Below are positions 1-11,025 of a stretch of DNA of 54,282 nt, in pieces. The translations under genes were made by a program, and so were the position numbers. Source of the stretch: a virus (lineage: Duplodnaviria; Caudoviricetes); the IMG/VR virus record IMGVR_UViG_3300009705_000019, positions 1 through 54,282 of that record. One strand, given 5' to 3'. The notes beneath the pieces are model-generated. The model was not told where the DNA came from, did no database searches, and worked only from the letters and a program-made list of their open reading frames with translations. Each line of letters starts with the position of its first letter. Positions within the stretch are counted from its first letter, which is position 1.

Positions 1-1
1 A

Positions 2-850
2 TCAAATGTTGTTGCTACAATCAGCATTATTTATGTTGATATTTCAACCGTTTCAACCACCACCGCTTTATCGACACTAATTCAAAATGCTTTGAATGCG
101 GCAAGCATTAAAGTAAATTCCTCAACAGTTGCCTTCACGACAGAAGCAACGGCTTCATCAAAATCAGGTCAAGCCGCCGCCGTTTCATATTACAATCAAA
201 ATGGTTCATCTGGAACATATACAGATGAAATGATTCTTGTTAAGAACGTAGCCACAGGAGATACAGGGAATGTTATTACATCTGTTAGAAAACAGGGGTT
301 ATCAAGCACTACTTCATGGGATAAACAATTCTTTGTCACGAATATGTCTGGCGGAGTTAATGGTGTAAAAATGACTAAAGGAGACAAATTACAGGATCTT
401 CTCAATTCAATAACAAATCCAAGTGCTGGTGGTGCTTTGATAAGCCCACAGGTTTTAACTGGTTCTGCGATAGATTTACCAGACTCTATCGGTTCTTTTG
501 ATTCAGCGCAATTTCTAAACATATCACAATCAAAGGCGGTAAGAAAATATATCATCGGCGTAAGAATTCCATATGAGTCATTTGTTTCCTCGACAACCGG
601 CAACCAGAAATTAAGGCAATTTTTGATACCTGCTGGACCTGGAACCGATCATTCGGCAATATCCAATACTGAGGATTTTGACCCAGTTGATATTATTAAC
701 AATAAACCAGTTCGGCCAAATCCGTTTTTGAGGCAAGGCGTTGCTATACCTGTTGTAGTTCAATCCTTCGACCCTGGTTATGAAGCGGGTGATTCGGTAT
801 GGACTTATCAAATCAACCTTGCGCCTGTTGAACAATTGGTGGGATTATGA
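2..850 (+). CDS. Virion structural (tail-associated) protein, 5'-truncated by the window edge
   Basis: The frame is open from base 2 through the TTG at 92 to TGA at 850. It is Ser/Thr/Gly-rich and abuts the next tail gene. Confidence 0.6.
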   Translation, partial: SNVVATISIIYVDISTVSTTTALSTLIQNALNAASIKVNSSTVAFTTEATASSKSGQAAAVSYYNQNGSSGTYTDEMILVKNVATGDTGNVITSVRKQGLSSTTSWDKQFFVTNMSGGVNGVKMTKGDKLQDLLNSITNPSAGGALISPQVLTGSAIDLPDSIGSFDSAQFLNISQSKAVRKYIIGVRIPYESFVSSTTGNQKLRQFLIPAGPGTDHSAISNTEDFDPVDIINNKPVRPNPFLRQGVAIPVVVQSFDPGYEAGDSVWTYQINLAPVEQLVGL

Positions 851-3205
851 ATGGGTTTGCATAGAATTAAAAGCAAGGCTATTCGTTTTAATGGTTTTAC
901 AGATGGCGTAGTCGTTCCAACAGGCAAATTCAAAGAATCGGGATTAAGTCTCTTACACCCTACTTATGCAGGGGGTTCAGCAACCACGTTAAGTCATGCG
1001 ACTAAAATTGGGAGATTACACATCCCAACAGAAACAAATAAATTAAACAACATACTGAGTGCATTTACAATCAACGCCTATATTGTTCCAAATTATGGGG
1101 GAACTGTTGTAATAAAACCGGAATGTTTTGAATTAAAAGTTGGAGATCCATTTAAGGCCGCACCGATTGAATTTTCGATTCATTGTATTGGCCGTGTTTT
1201 TACTTTGATTACCCCCTTTGATGTGAATACTCTAAGGGAGGCGCATTCAGGGTCTTATTCAGGGGGAGAACACCTTCCTGACGACATATCCGAAGGGGCG
1301 CAACCATTGATGCTTATTACTGCTCAATTTACAGGTGATCAAATGAAATTATATGTGAATACAAATCTTGTAGGATCACTTAATTTAGTTGAGGAACGTG
1401 TTTTAGATAACGTATCATCCGATTTATTTATCGGTGGAAGGGGAGGGGAGTTTCGAGGAATAATAGAAAGCATTCGTATTGACAATGGAGAGGATATGCC
1501 AATTCTTGGTCCTTTATCCGTGACCGACCAAACAATCGGATTATGGGACTTTGAGGATGAGATACACATACCTTCTTTGCATTTCTTTAACAATCGAAAT
1601 GAGGCTGCGCCCTATCAGGGGAGAGATGGAACATCCGATCATGATAGTGATTTCGAAACCCCTTTGGTTTTGATTGGCTATGATTTTCAAAATGTAAATG
1701 ATTTGGGATATTTTAGAATATATCAAAAACCTGCACATCCCAATGGAAATGATGATACCTTTTCCGCTTTGGAGAATTTAGCATCTTTCGCTACTGGGAT
1801 TTCATTAGATAAAATCAAAGACCAAACATGGGCTTCCACTTCATTAAATTTGAACGCATACACCTATGGGTCAAACATAGGAACATTAGATTATTTGGCT
1901 TCGGATCGGATAAAACATTCCACATTAAATGCAATAATTAACCAATCTGGAACACACCCCATTACTGGGATTTCAAAGTCTGCAAGTGGTCGGATTATCA
2001 ATTTAACAGCAGATGCGGATATTGGGATTGCCAACATTGCAGATTTAGACCCAATGATAAATCCAATAGAACGAATAAGGATTATTTCACTTGATTTTAT
2101 CAATGACCGTGTGATATGTCAATCGGTTCACCTCGCCAATGATACAACAGTTGCCGCAACCATCGAAAATCACCCAAAGGGTCAAGGTTTCTTATTCGAT
2201 CATGCAGATGGAACACCGATTTGGCTTGTATTAGGTAATGCCGATTTGGTGATAGACCCTGGAAACAAAGAAACATCAGTATTAGTGTCAAATCAAGTCA
2301 CACGTCAAAAGGATGCTTTTACAAGAGCGCAATTCACACAGGGGCAACGGTTTGAAGATAAAAGCGGGAATCAAAATACAGCATATTTTTCTTCAATACA
2401 AAGTCGAATAACTTCAACGAGTGCTAATCCTCCATCTGCAACCGAAGTGGCTTTACCAGACCCTCCTACATTTGATTCCCTTCTTATGTGGCTTCCAGTT
2501 AATTCTTTGACTGGTTTATCGGATGGCGCAACAGTCACCCACCTCCCCGATTATAGCGGGAATAAGTTTGGAGTCTATACGGTGGGAACTTGGATTTATG
2601 AGGCGCAAAGCCCATCATTTAATTCTCTTCCAGCATTAAAGATTACATCTTCGGATGGCGCACTTGTCAATATAAACACAAACGATGGAGAATCGGAGGA
2701 AATCACCCATGACCTTACTACAAATGGTTTTACCGCCTTTTTCATGATTCATCGACCATCTGGAACATTGGGGGCAAATTATGACTTGATAGGAGAGAAC
2801 GGTTCAACATCAAAGACTTTTTTCGGACAAGACCCTTTTACAAATCAGTTCTTTTTGACAAATAACGGAGTCACCTCGATTATAGTTGGTGCAAATTTAA
2901 CGGAGGCGGGTTTGTTTTCAATTACCTTCGATCATACCCAAACGAATGCGTATCTCCATCATCATTCTAATACTGGCGGAACATTTGTCGGAAAAGTTAT
3001 CGCAAATTATCGCTTTGACAATCGTTTGTTTGGTCTTTTCGGCAGGGCTTTAAGCACCGACCCTGCCGCTAAAACAGGAACAGCAAGCGATAAAGCACCT
3101 CAAAATATGAGATTTGCCGAGTTATTGCTTTATGATAGAGTTCTCACAGATGCAGAAAGACTTCAAGTTCAAGGTTATTTTATTGACAAATACACGGTGA
3201 TTTAA
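851..3205 (+). CDS. Tail/receptor-binding protein with two LamG/concanavalin-A-like domains
   Basis: N-terminal LamG signature (AIRFNG...FTINAYI...KLYVN...LFIGG...FRGIIESIRI) and a C-terminal LamG-like module (LMWLP...AELLLYDRVLTDAER). Confidence 0.75.
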   Translation: MGLHRIKSKAIRFNGFTDGVVVPTGKFKESGLSLLHPTYAGGSATTLSHATKIGRLHIPTETNKLNNILSAFTINAYIVPNYGGTVVIKPECFELKVGDPFKAAPIEFSIHCIGRVFTLITPFDVNTLREAHSGSYSGGEHLPDDISEGAQPLMLITAQFTGDQMKLYVNTNLVGSLNLVEERVLDNVSSDLFIGGRGGEFRGIIESIRIDNGEDMPILGPLSVTDQTIGLWDFEDEIHIPSLHFFNNRNEAAPYQGRDGTSDHDSDFETPLVLIGYDFQNVNDLGYFRIYQKPAHPNGNDDTFSALENLASFATGISLDKIKDQTWASTSLNLNAYTYGSNIGTLDYLASDRIKHSTLNAIINQSGTHPITGISKSASGRIINLTADADIGIANIADLDPMINPIERIRIISLDFINDRVICQSVHLANDTTVAATIENHPKGQGFLFDHADGTPIWLVLGNADLVIDPGNKETSVLVSNQVTRQKDAFTRAQFTQGQRFEDKSGNQNTAYFSSIQSRITSTSANPPSATEVALPDPPTFDSLLMWLPVNSLTGLSDGATVTHLPDYSGNKFGVYTVGTWIYEAQSPSFNSLPALKITSSDGALVNINTNDGESEEITHDLTTNGFTAFFMIHRPSGTLGANYDLIGENGSTSKTFFGQDPFTNQFFLTNNGVTSIIVGANLTEAGLFSITFDHTQTNAYLHHHSNTGGTFVGKVIANYRFDNRLFGLFGRALSTDPAAKTGTASDKAPQNMRFAELLLYDRVLTDAERLQVQGYFIDKYTVI

Positions 3206-6200
3206 TGGGTGAATTAAACAAATCTAATGATGATGGCCTTTCGGGTATGTCGGGAATGACCGCATACAATCGAGTGGATGGTGAGTTTTACCTACACCAA
3301 ATGCCACTACCCGATGAACAAGTTGTAAAACAAACAATTCAAGGTGTTGTTGATGAGTTCATTTATACCACTGAACAAGTGTCTCTTCAATCAATTCTAA
3401 AGCAAAATGAACCTGTTAAAATTACGGAAACCGCCTATATTGGAGATACAAAAAGCGTGTTTAACAAATCAAACACGGCCTATTCCACCGATTCAAGCGG
3501 CAACCCCATCAATCGAATTATCATTCAAGGAGGGGCAGGGTCATACGATGAAACATTAGCAACAAACCTGTCTGCATCGGTTCACGATGAAATTATAGGG
3601 ATTGCTGTTAGTGATGTGCGCCCTTTTTTGATTAAGGGGCTTGATGTTGATTATACAGCAGAATTGATAAACGATAAACCATCAAGTGATGGCTACATCA
3701 AACATTTAACTCCAAGTGGTCGAACATTGATTGCATCTATCAAGTCACCGAGCATTCTCACCGCAGCAGGTGGTCCAAGCCGTATTTTAGTGTATTATGA
3801 TGCCATAGATTTGACCGGAGAGGTTATTGCTGGAACTGGATTAACGCCAACTCAAGTAAATGCAAGAATAAGGCCAAATCACGTGGAATCAAATCAACCA
3901 TATTTGGTTGTCAAAAAAACAATTCCTTCTGGTTCAACTTTATTCGACATATTAGGGACATATCGCTCATTATCCGATATTTTGCTAAAGCCATACTCTT
4001 CACCTCCCCCTGCCACCGCATCGGATGTTCAATTGGAGATTGTAGCACCAGGCGGGGTAATTGAAATCTCAACAAAAGACTTCAAGCGGCCTATTAAATC
4101 TCATCTTTTGAAATCACATGGTTTTGATGGCTCTTTTCCCTCTCCCTTTATCAACATTGAAAATTGTGTTATATCGGTAAAGGATGGGGTGGCGGGTTAT
4201 GGTCGCCCTCGACAAATACAAAATACAAATACGCCCGATCCTACCGCCAATCCTTCACATCATATTATGACAATTTCATCGACTATTGGTGAAAATTTGA
4301 GTTCATATACAGGCGATACTCAAACGCCAGCATCATTAGCACGTTCAACTTTGCAGGTATTCAACATTCTGGATAATGAAATTACAAAGGATCATCATTT
4401 CATATTGATTGCACCTGCAAATCCAAACAAATATGCGGTTCTCGATGATTTTTTATCTGTTTCGGAATCAACAAATCCCCCTAATATCTCTATTGAAATT
4501 GCGTTAATAAGTGGTCGGGCGGAGGAATTCAACACTATAATTGGCAACGATGGGGCGACACTTGAAATTCGAGGTCGTTCAAATCTTATGGATGTGACCG
4601 ATTCGGAGGTTAAACGCAATTTGAATCTTGGTGAAAGCATACCAATCAAAGAGATCGGAGATATGGGAACGCCTACGGTTTCAATCACTTTAGGTGGTGT
4701 TGGTCAAGGGGGTGCTGATGCAAAGGCGCAAAGAACGGAACACGAATCTTTGAAGGGGTGGAAAGATAAAGTTGTAAGTTCAGGCAATGTATCGGTGAGA
4801 AATGATAAACAAACATCAACGGATTACGCATCAACACGTGCATTGGTTGAATTACCTCTTTTTCCTTCAATGTTCTTTGATGTTGATAACCTATATGCAG
4901 AATCCGATGGACTCACTAATGGAGTTCACGCATTCGGAAAAGGCTTTGAAATTGGAATTGATTGCACTATGACGGCCATAAATCGAGTGCAGATGCAAAC
5001 CTATGAAGCACGAAATTCGGTTGATTGGGGATTAAATGGTGAATCCACTATTGAGATTCGAAATCATCTTTTATTAAGTAAAGCCGTCAGCCCTTATTCA
5101 TTCGCTTTGAAAGCAATACAACCCAAAATACAAGCAGTTGTCACAGCCGGTTCTGATCTCACAGCAGGTGCAGCGAATTCATTTATTCAAGTGGATAGTG
5201 TCGAAGCCTTTGTTAATGACACACTTCAAGGGTCGGATGGAATCGACAGAAACGCTGTCACAGGAGTTTTAGGCCGTTCTTTCTATGTAATTATTGGCGA
5301 AGGGTCGGTTGCCCCTACCGCCCATCCAACACTAACCTACTGCACTTATCATCTGGCAAGAATCCATAAAATTGATGCTGCTTTGAATCGACTTTACGTG
5401 GATGTTTCATTCCTTCGTTATCCTCAAAATGATGAAGCCCTAAATTTGTCAGGTTCAGCACCAACGGCTACAAGTAAGATATTTGAAGGCGCAAGTGTAG
5501 TAATGGGGGGCATAATTGCTAATGCTTTACCCGCACATACGGCTAATCTTGTTGTTGATTGGGAAGATGTAAATAATCATAAGGTGCAGTTGAGAACCGC
5601 AATGAAAGGTTGTTTAGGGTTGGATTACCCAATTACGGACTGGACTGGCACTACCGAACATTTAGGTATGGGTTGCCTTCAATGGGATGTCTTTAATGAA
5701 TGGAGTCAAGACAATAATAGGCAATTGAAAGAACCAATTGTTGTAAAAAGCGTTGCTACGGGATTAAAAGGAATTTCGCAAGATGGAACAGGTTTAACTG
5801 ATGTTGCGATACAAAACCTAAATTTACGAGAAATCGCTATGAAATCCGAAGGTAGTTTTGAAAAGGCCGTCGATAATTTGATTCGTAAAATTAACATGGC
5901 GGGGCATCCAGATGCAATGGAAATAACTATCTTAGATCCACTTGGAACTGGTGGTAAAGAACGTTCCCCAACCAGCGCATATAACTCTCATTTAGGATAT
6001 GTTCGAGCATTTAGAGGTTCACCTGTTGAGTCGAAAGATGGTGAAACAGGGGGAGTTTCAATCGTAATTCATAGCACCGTTCCAGGTGCTACTGGTCGCA
6101 ATTTTGCCGTCACATTATCAAATAAGTCATACTATCCTTACCGGCCATATCAAGCATTTGGGCATGGGGGTTTGTTGGCTACAAATAGCAGGTCATATCA

Positions 6201-8085
6201 ACTTAATTCATTCCCTGCACCTTTGCCTCTTGGTGCTGATGGTGAAACATATGTGCCGATTACTACTTTTACCGGCGCAGTTCATGGTCCAATCTCACAT
6301 TCTCACGATCCGGCCAATGCTCAAAGAACATATGACGGAGTGGGGCAAATTGCCAAAACATACACAAAAACAAGTTCCGTCGCCTCTCTCGCACAAGCAT
6401 ACTTATGGCACGTAGGACACAAAAAGTTTGAATATATTGTTGTTGATGGGAAAGCCGCCGATTACAGAATGCGTTCAACTGGTGGCGGCGGAGTAGTAAG
6501 GATTAACGGTGCGCTTGCATCTTTTGAGGATCTAAGGATTAACTTAGATGCAACTACTTTTGATGATGATGAGATGTATTTAATTGGCGTTAAGCCATAT
6601 AACGAACCAGATACTTTCAAAGAAGGCTTCTATCAAGGGGCAACTGAATTAACGGGAATTGAAGTTGAGTTTATTTATCCTTTGATGGATAACGAAGGCA
6701 TCCTGTTCTTTGGTGGAGGTCATACAGGTCTTGTATTCGATATAGGCGATGGTTCATCAAATGATTATTCGGACTTTTACAAACACCCCCTCTCGAAAGG
6801 TCCAACTGGATTTTCTGGCTTTCAAAATCTCGGTATGTTTGGAACTGCTTCTGCTGTTTTAGATTTCACCGATCTTCTTAATGAAGATACTTTGAATGAA
6901 GATACGTTAAGGGGATTCCACCACAAAACAACATTTAATTCCAATAATGAGCCGGAAGGGTGTCTTTTTTATGCAAGACTGACAAATGGCCTTTATGGGG
7001 CTGATGAAGATATTTCACCGACCTCGATAACCTATACTCAAGATGCTACAACAACGAGGGAGGATTTGTTTAATCGAAAATTGAGACTTACAGGAACTTT
7101 TGCAGGTTATACAAATGGAGTCACACAAGGCGTTGAAGTGTCACCAACTGGGGCTACTATATTCGCAAAATTATTTGGTTTGGGGGATGTAGCGGCACTT
7201 TTCAATAATAATTCTGGAACAATTGAAGCGGAACATGGAGAGGTTAAATCCTTCAATCCGGTGGGTGCTAATTGGTGCGTATCAAGTATTTCAGGGCAGG
7301 GAACTGGAACAGGACCAATTTTTCATGCAATTCATAATGATGGAACTACCGTTGGAAAACCATACGGTTTGCATCTCGGCTCGGAAACCGCTACAACCCC
7401 ACCTGCTATTGGAGAGAAAAAAATATCAGTTGCGATTACATACCCAAGTGCGCTACCATTTGGTAGCCCCGTTCTTACATCAGTTCTTGCACCCGCCGCC
7501 GTAGCAGGTGGAACTGTTGTAGTTTATGGAACAGGTTTTCATTTTATCATGGCTGGCCGAAAAGATGGGTTGTCGTTCCTTTACATGGGTCATACGGCAG
7601 GTATCACCAACCCTGACACGGGCGCAGTTGAAATTGGTATTTTCGATTATTCACCTTATTTGTTAAATGTTCAAGATGAACAATATGGGGCGGGAGGTGC
7701 TTCACCAAATAGCAGAAGTTTCTTTGAGACTGAAACAAGTGGGTATGCTGGCGGTGCAGCCGATCATCCAGATGTCCCCGCCGCACTTCAAACAATACGT
7801 GACCTTGATATGGCAACAATTGGGTGTGCTTTGATTGGTGCGCCTTATGTGCATTTCCCTACCCCCATAACGACTCAAGGGGGGCATCCAATAAGCCCTC
7901 TTACCGGATATTTTACTGAATTGGCATCGCCTTTACAAACCTATGGAATCACGGCGGCAGGTGATGGAAAGAATTCAGCCGGACCTATTCATTTTTCCGG
8001 CCATTTATCCGATGTTGCTTTATGGGGTCGTGCTTTAGCATTTACTGAGGCGCAAACATGGTTTGCATCCAGAAGCGTGTGGTGA
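3205..8085 (+). CDS. Large virion structural protein (1626 aa) with C-terminal LamG-like domain
   Basis: Long ORF coupled by a TAATG overlap. It ends with FSGHLSDVALWGRAL (LamG terminal strand) and lies in the tail gene block. Confidence 0.7.
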   Translation: MGELNKSNDDGLSGMSGMTAYNRVDGEFYLHQMPLPDEQVVKQTIQGVVDEFIYTTEQVSLQSILKQNEPVKITETAYIGDTKSVFNKSNTAYSTDSSGNPINRIIIQGGAGSYDETLATNLSASVHDEIIGIAVSDVRPFLIKGLDVDYTAELINDKPSSDGYIKHLTPSGRTLIASIKSPSILTAAGGPSRILVYYDAIDLTGEVIAGTGLTPTQVNARIRPNHVESNQPYLVVKKTIPSGSTLFDILGTYRSLSDILLKPYSSPPPATASDVQLEIVAPGGVIEISTKDFKRPIKSHLLKSHGFDGSFPSPFINIENCVISVKDGVAGYGRPRQIQNTNTPDPTANPSHHIMTISSTIGENLSSYTGDTQTPASLARSTLQVFNILDNEITKDHHFILIAPANPNKYAVLDDFLSVSESTNPPNISIEIALISGRAEEFNTIIGNDGATLEIRGRSNLMDVTDSEVKRNLNLGESIPIKEIGDMGTPTVSITLGGVGQGGADAKAQRTEHESLKGWKDKVVSSGNVSVRNDKQTSTDYASTRALVELPLFPSMFFDVDNLYAESDGLTNGVHAFGKGFEIGIDCTMTAINRVQMQTYEARNSVDWGLNGESTIEIRNHLLLSKAVSPYSFALKAIQPKIQAVVTAGSDLTAGAANSFIQVDSVEAFVNDTLQGSDGIDRNAVTGVLGRSFYVIIGEGSVAPTAHPTLTYCTYHLARIHKIDAALNRLYVDVSFLRYPQNDEALNLSGSAPTATSKIFEGASVVMGGIIANALPAHTANLVVDWEDVNNHKVQLRTAMKGCLGLDYPITDWTGTTEHLGMGCLQWDVFNEWSQDNNRQLKEPIVVKSVATGLKGISQDGTGLTDVAIQNLNLREIAMKSEGSFEKAVDNLIRKINMAGHPDAMEITILDPLGTGGKERSPTSAYNSHLGYVRAFRGSPVESKDGETGGVSIVIHSTVPGATGRNFAVTLSNKSYYPYRPYQAFGHGGLLATNSRSYQLNSFPAPLPLGADGETYVPITTFTGAVHGPISHSHDPANAQRTYDGVGQIAKTYTKTSSVASLAQAYLWHVGHKKFEYIVVDGKAADYRMRSTGGGGVVRINGALASFEDLRINLDATTFDDDEMYLIGVKPYNEPDTFKEGFYQGATELTGIEVEFIYPLMDNEGILFFGGGHTGLVFDIGDGSSNDYSDFYKHPLSKGPTGFSGFQNLGMFGTASAVLDFTDLLNEDTLNEDTLRGFHHKTTFNSNNEPEGCLFYARLTNGLYGADEDISPTSITYTQDATTTREDLFNRKLRLTGTFAGYTNGVTQGVEVSPTGATIFAKLFGLGDVAALFNNNSGTIEAEHGEVKSFNPVGANWCVSSISGQGTGTGPIFHAIHNDGTTVGKPYGLHLGSETATTPPAIGEKKISVAITYPSALPFGSPVLTSVLAPAAVAGGTVVVYGTGFHFIMAGRKDGLSFLYMGHTAGITNPDTGAVEIGIFDYSPYLLNVQDEQYGAGGASPNSRSFFETETSGYAGGAADHPDVPAALQTIRDLDMATIGCALIGAPYVHFPTPITTQGGHPISPLTGYFTELASPLQTYGITAAGDGKNSAGPIHFSGHLSDVALWGRALAFTEAQTWFASRSVW

Positions 8086-8091
8086 TGAATT

Positions 8092-10947
8092 ATGGCTGAA
8101 ACATTCTCACGTTATATCTCTCCCGCAAAGAATGATTCTTGGGGGGCAACATCAACAGGAAAATACCCATCTGGTATCTTTGCTATGCACCTCACATATC
8201 CTAACTGTGGCTATGGAAACCAATATCTCTATGTCACCGACTGGCAATCAGGGGTCAATACTACCGATTGGGAACAGGGGCTTACTGTTGTTATTCGAAC
8301 CCCTTTAGCGGCTGCATCATCAACAATTGCAGAAGCAAAAAATGTAATTACGGTTGATTTGAAAGCGGCAGGGTTTGATTTAGGGTCGGAAGATGCAACC
8401 CGAATGATTGCAGCAAAAATCAATTCAAGACGCATAAAAATGGTGGCTTCATCAAAATCAAAATTTCTTAAAGCAACATATGTTCGCCAATCATTGCCGG
8501 AAAAATACCATATTCTTGAGGGAACAAAGATGGGTAGTAGCGTGAGGCTGGAAATCGCAACCATGAGCCGAAACGGATTTCCTTCGGAAATGATAAATGA
8601 TTTTATTTTACGTGTTGAAAGTCAAAGTGGATCGAAATATGTGACTGACGGAGATTATGCGAATCCTACGCTAACATGGAAACGTTCACCCGATGGTGGG
8701 GGGTGGAATGCTTTAGTTGATTGTGACATTGGAACATCTGCAATGATTGGTTCGCCCTCGAATGGTGATGTTTTTGATAACACTTTCACACTTGTAGGTG
8801 AATCGCCAAAGCATACAATTGTTCTGTGTTGGGAGATGATCGACATTTCATCAGCCCATTATTGGGGCGAACAAAACGGTGGACCAATTATTCAAGGCAT
8901 GGGTGCAATAGGCGTTCATCGTTTAGTGGCAAAGCCAATGGATGGGGGGAATATGGGGCTACCAGCCGTTAATCATAATTCCGCAAATGGCAAAATATCT
9001 TTGGTTCATGGAGAAGGAAGGGGGCTAAATCGTTTTACAATTGAGGGGTTGAATTCTTGCATACTCCCTGATATGCCCCCTCCTGATTTTCATTCAATAT
9101 ATCCTACTGTTCGAGGGATTACTACAATTCATCCAAGTGCGGAAACAGACGCAGTTTCAAATAACCGACTACGAATTCAAAAATTAGAATATGGAACTGA
9201 ATTCCCAATTAAAGATAGTGAAGATGTCGGAATGGGTATTGAAACGGGATTCAATCACTTTACTTACACAGGAACTACGGAACAAGCATACGTTCCTACT
9301 GGCGCAAATGGAATCCATATCAAAAATGTGAATATCACGACACCCCACTTTAGAGAAGCAATAGCCGATACTTCAAATGACGCATATGCACGTGAGTTCA
9401 TGACAACAATGACCGAAAATTCGGATAGAGTTATTGGATTGGCAATTAGTAATGAAGAAAGAGTATTTGAAAGCATAATTACTGTTGATGATTTAGGCAA
9501 TGAGTTCATATTAGAAGGCGGTTCGCCATTTGGAACAATTATACGTGATTATCAATTTACTAATGAGCGTAAAAACAAAATAACTGGTAAAACCTTCGTT
9601 GGACCATCAAATCCAAATGGAGAGGTTGCGCCAAATTTACGAATCCAATTGCCAAAACAAGAAGAGATTCCAGGGGGTATATTTGTTAGAAGCGGCCATG
9701 ACCGTGTGCAAGCGTGGTCGAACCAATCATGGGGTATGGGGGGTCTATCTGCACCAAACCCTCGTTTGGCCGGTGTAGCGGAAACAAACGGTGAGGTATC
9801 GCAATATGACACTAATGACCGTTCTTTGATTTTTCATTGTCAGCGAATAATGAACCCTGAAATAAAACAATCTTTTGGGCTTGATACGAACAGTGGTTAT
9901 GTCCCTCAAACGGGTAATGATACTATGCCTACGGCATATACACGGATATTTGCGGCTCATCGAGCATCTGATCATGTTGAACGGGGTAGTTTGCTTAGAC
10001 AAACAAATAATGGTGTTGAAACGGGGAATTTGATAGCCCATCACAAGATTCGTTTTGGCCGTCGAGGTCATTCGTTTGTCACCCCTTTATGCCATAGAGG
10101 AACGCCAATGGCAATGAGGCGGCAACTGCACCGATCTCATGGTTCAGCATATTCACTAATGTTTGAAGGAGAAACCGAGTATAAACATCATGGTTTTGGA
10201 AATGGCGCACCCACTAATACTTCATCTGTATTCCAACTCGATACAATAGATGTTAAAAACACAGGAAGTGCCTATGATACAGGTTCTTTTGCATCCGATG
10301 GATTACCACTTGATGAATTGAAAGGAAAGCGGCATTTGAATGCAGATTCAAAATATACCTCAGCAACCCATAGAAGCATTGCGGATTATCTCTTTGCGCC
10401 AGGTCAAACACATACTAATGTTGAAGGAACTCCCGAATTTGTTTCTTTCGCAGAAGGAGGAATTGACGGTTCAGTTCCGACTGGTTCAGCAACTAAATTA
10501 ACACTACAAGGCGACACCTTTTCTGTAAGAAATAGGTTTGATACTGCAAGCGAAATGATGATAAATGGCTTTTTCATCAATAATTATCTCGGCATAGGAG
10601 GTCGCCCTGAGCCAATTAAATTGTTGAGTAAAGATTCAACAAATAATTGGTTCGTGAGAGGTTATCATGAAGGTGTAATTCGCCCACGTGTAGCAACTGA
10701 ATTGGCAACCGTTCCTCCTTTGTTTGTTCACGATCCCGAACTAATGAATACAAACCGTGATGCTGATTCAAAAGATTTTGGACTAATTAAAGCAAGTGAT
10801 ACCAATTCTGGGGGAACACCTGACGCATTCCTTTGCCATTGGTTGGCTGAATATAGCCATCCCTCATATTTTGGAACTTCAAGAGAACATTTTATGACTT
10901 TCCGTTATCGAGAGGCAGGGATGCCACGTGCGGTTAATTATCCATAG
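8092..10947 (+). CDS. Large tail/baseplate protein, N-terminal part (ends at an in-frame TAG)
   Basis: GGTGA RBS upstream of ATG 8092. 951-aa ORF; the same frame stays open after the TAG at 10945-10947. Confidence 0.65.
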   Translation: MAETFSRYISPAKNDSWGATSTGKYPSGIFAMHLTYPNCGYGNQYLYVTDWQSGVNTTDWEQGLTVVIRTPLAAASSTIAEAKNVITVDLKAAGFDLGSEDATRMIAAKINSRRIKMVASSKSKFLKATYVRQSLPEKYHILEGTKMGSSVRLEIATMSRNGFPSEMINDFILRVESQSGSKYVTDGDYANPTLTWKRSPDGGGWNALVDCDIGTSAMIGSPSNGDVFDNTFTLVGESPKHTIVLCWEMIDISSAHYWGEQNGGPIIQGMGAIGVHRLVAKPMDGGNMGLPAVNHNSANGKISLVHGEGRGLNRFTIEGLNSCILPDMPPPDFHSIYPTVRGITTIHPSAETDAVSNNRLRIQKLEYGTEFPIKDSEDVGMGIETGFNHFTYTGTTEQAYVPTGANGIHIKNVNITTPHFREAIADTSNDAYAREFMTTMTENSDRVIGLAISNEERVFESIITVDDLGNEFILEGGSPFGTIIRDYQFTNERKNKITGKTFVGPSNPNGEVAPNLRIQLPKQEEIPGGIFVRSGHDRVQAWSNQSWGMGGLSAPNPRLAGVAETNGEVSQYDTNDRSLIFHCQRIMNPEIKQSFGLDTNSGYVPQTGNDTMPTAYTRIFAAHRASDHVERGSLLRQTNNGVETGNLIAHHKIRFGRRGHSFVTPLCHRGTPMAMRRQLHRSHGSAYSLMFEGETEYKHHGFGNGAPTNTSSVFQLDTIDVKNTGSAYDTGSFASDGLPLDELKGKRHLNADSKYTSATHRSIADYLFAPGQTHTNVEGTPEFVSFAEGGIDGSVPTGSATKLTLQGDTFSVRNRFDTASEMMINGFFINNYLGIGGRPEPIKLLSKDSTNNWFVRGYHEGVIRPRVATELATVPPLFVHDPELMNTNRDADSKDFGLIKASDTNSGGTPDAFLCHWLAEYSHPSYFGTSREHFMTFRYREAGMPRAVNYP

Positions 10948-11025
10948 ACAAATGGCTTATTTTTACGCAATTCCTCTAATTCAACAGTTGATGGGCAACC
11001 CGAAAAAGCATTAGCATTTGAGAGA

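Noticed and set aside
10945-10947. Genome-wide TAG reassignment
   Set aside because: Only one internal TAG was noticed among many long genes, and TAG appears to terminate the ORFs ending at 35656 and 36731.
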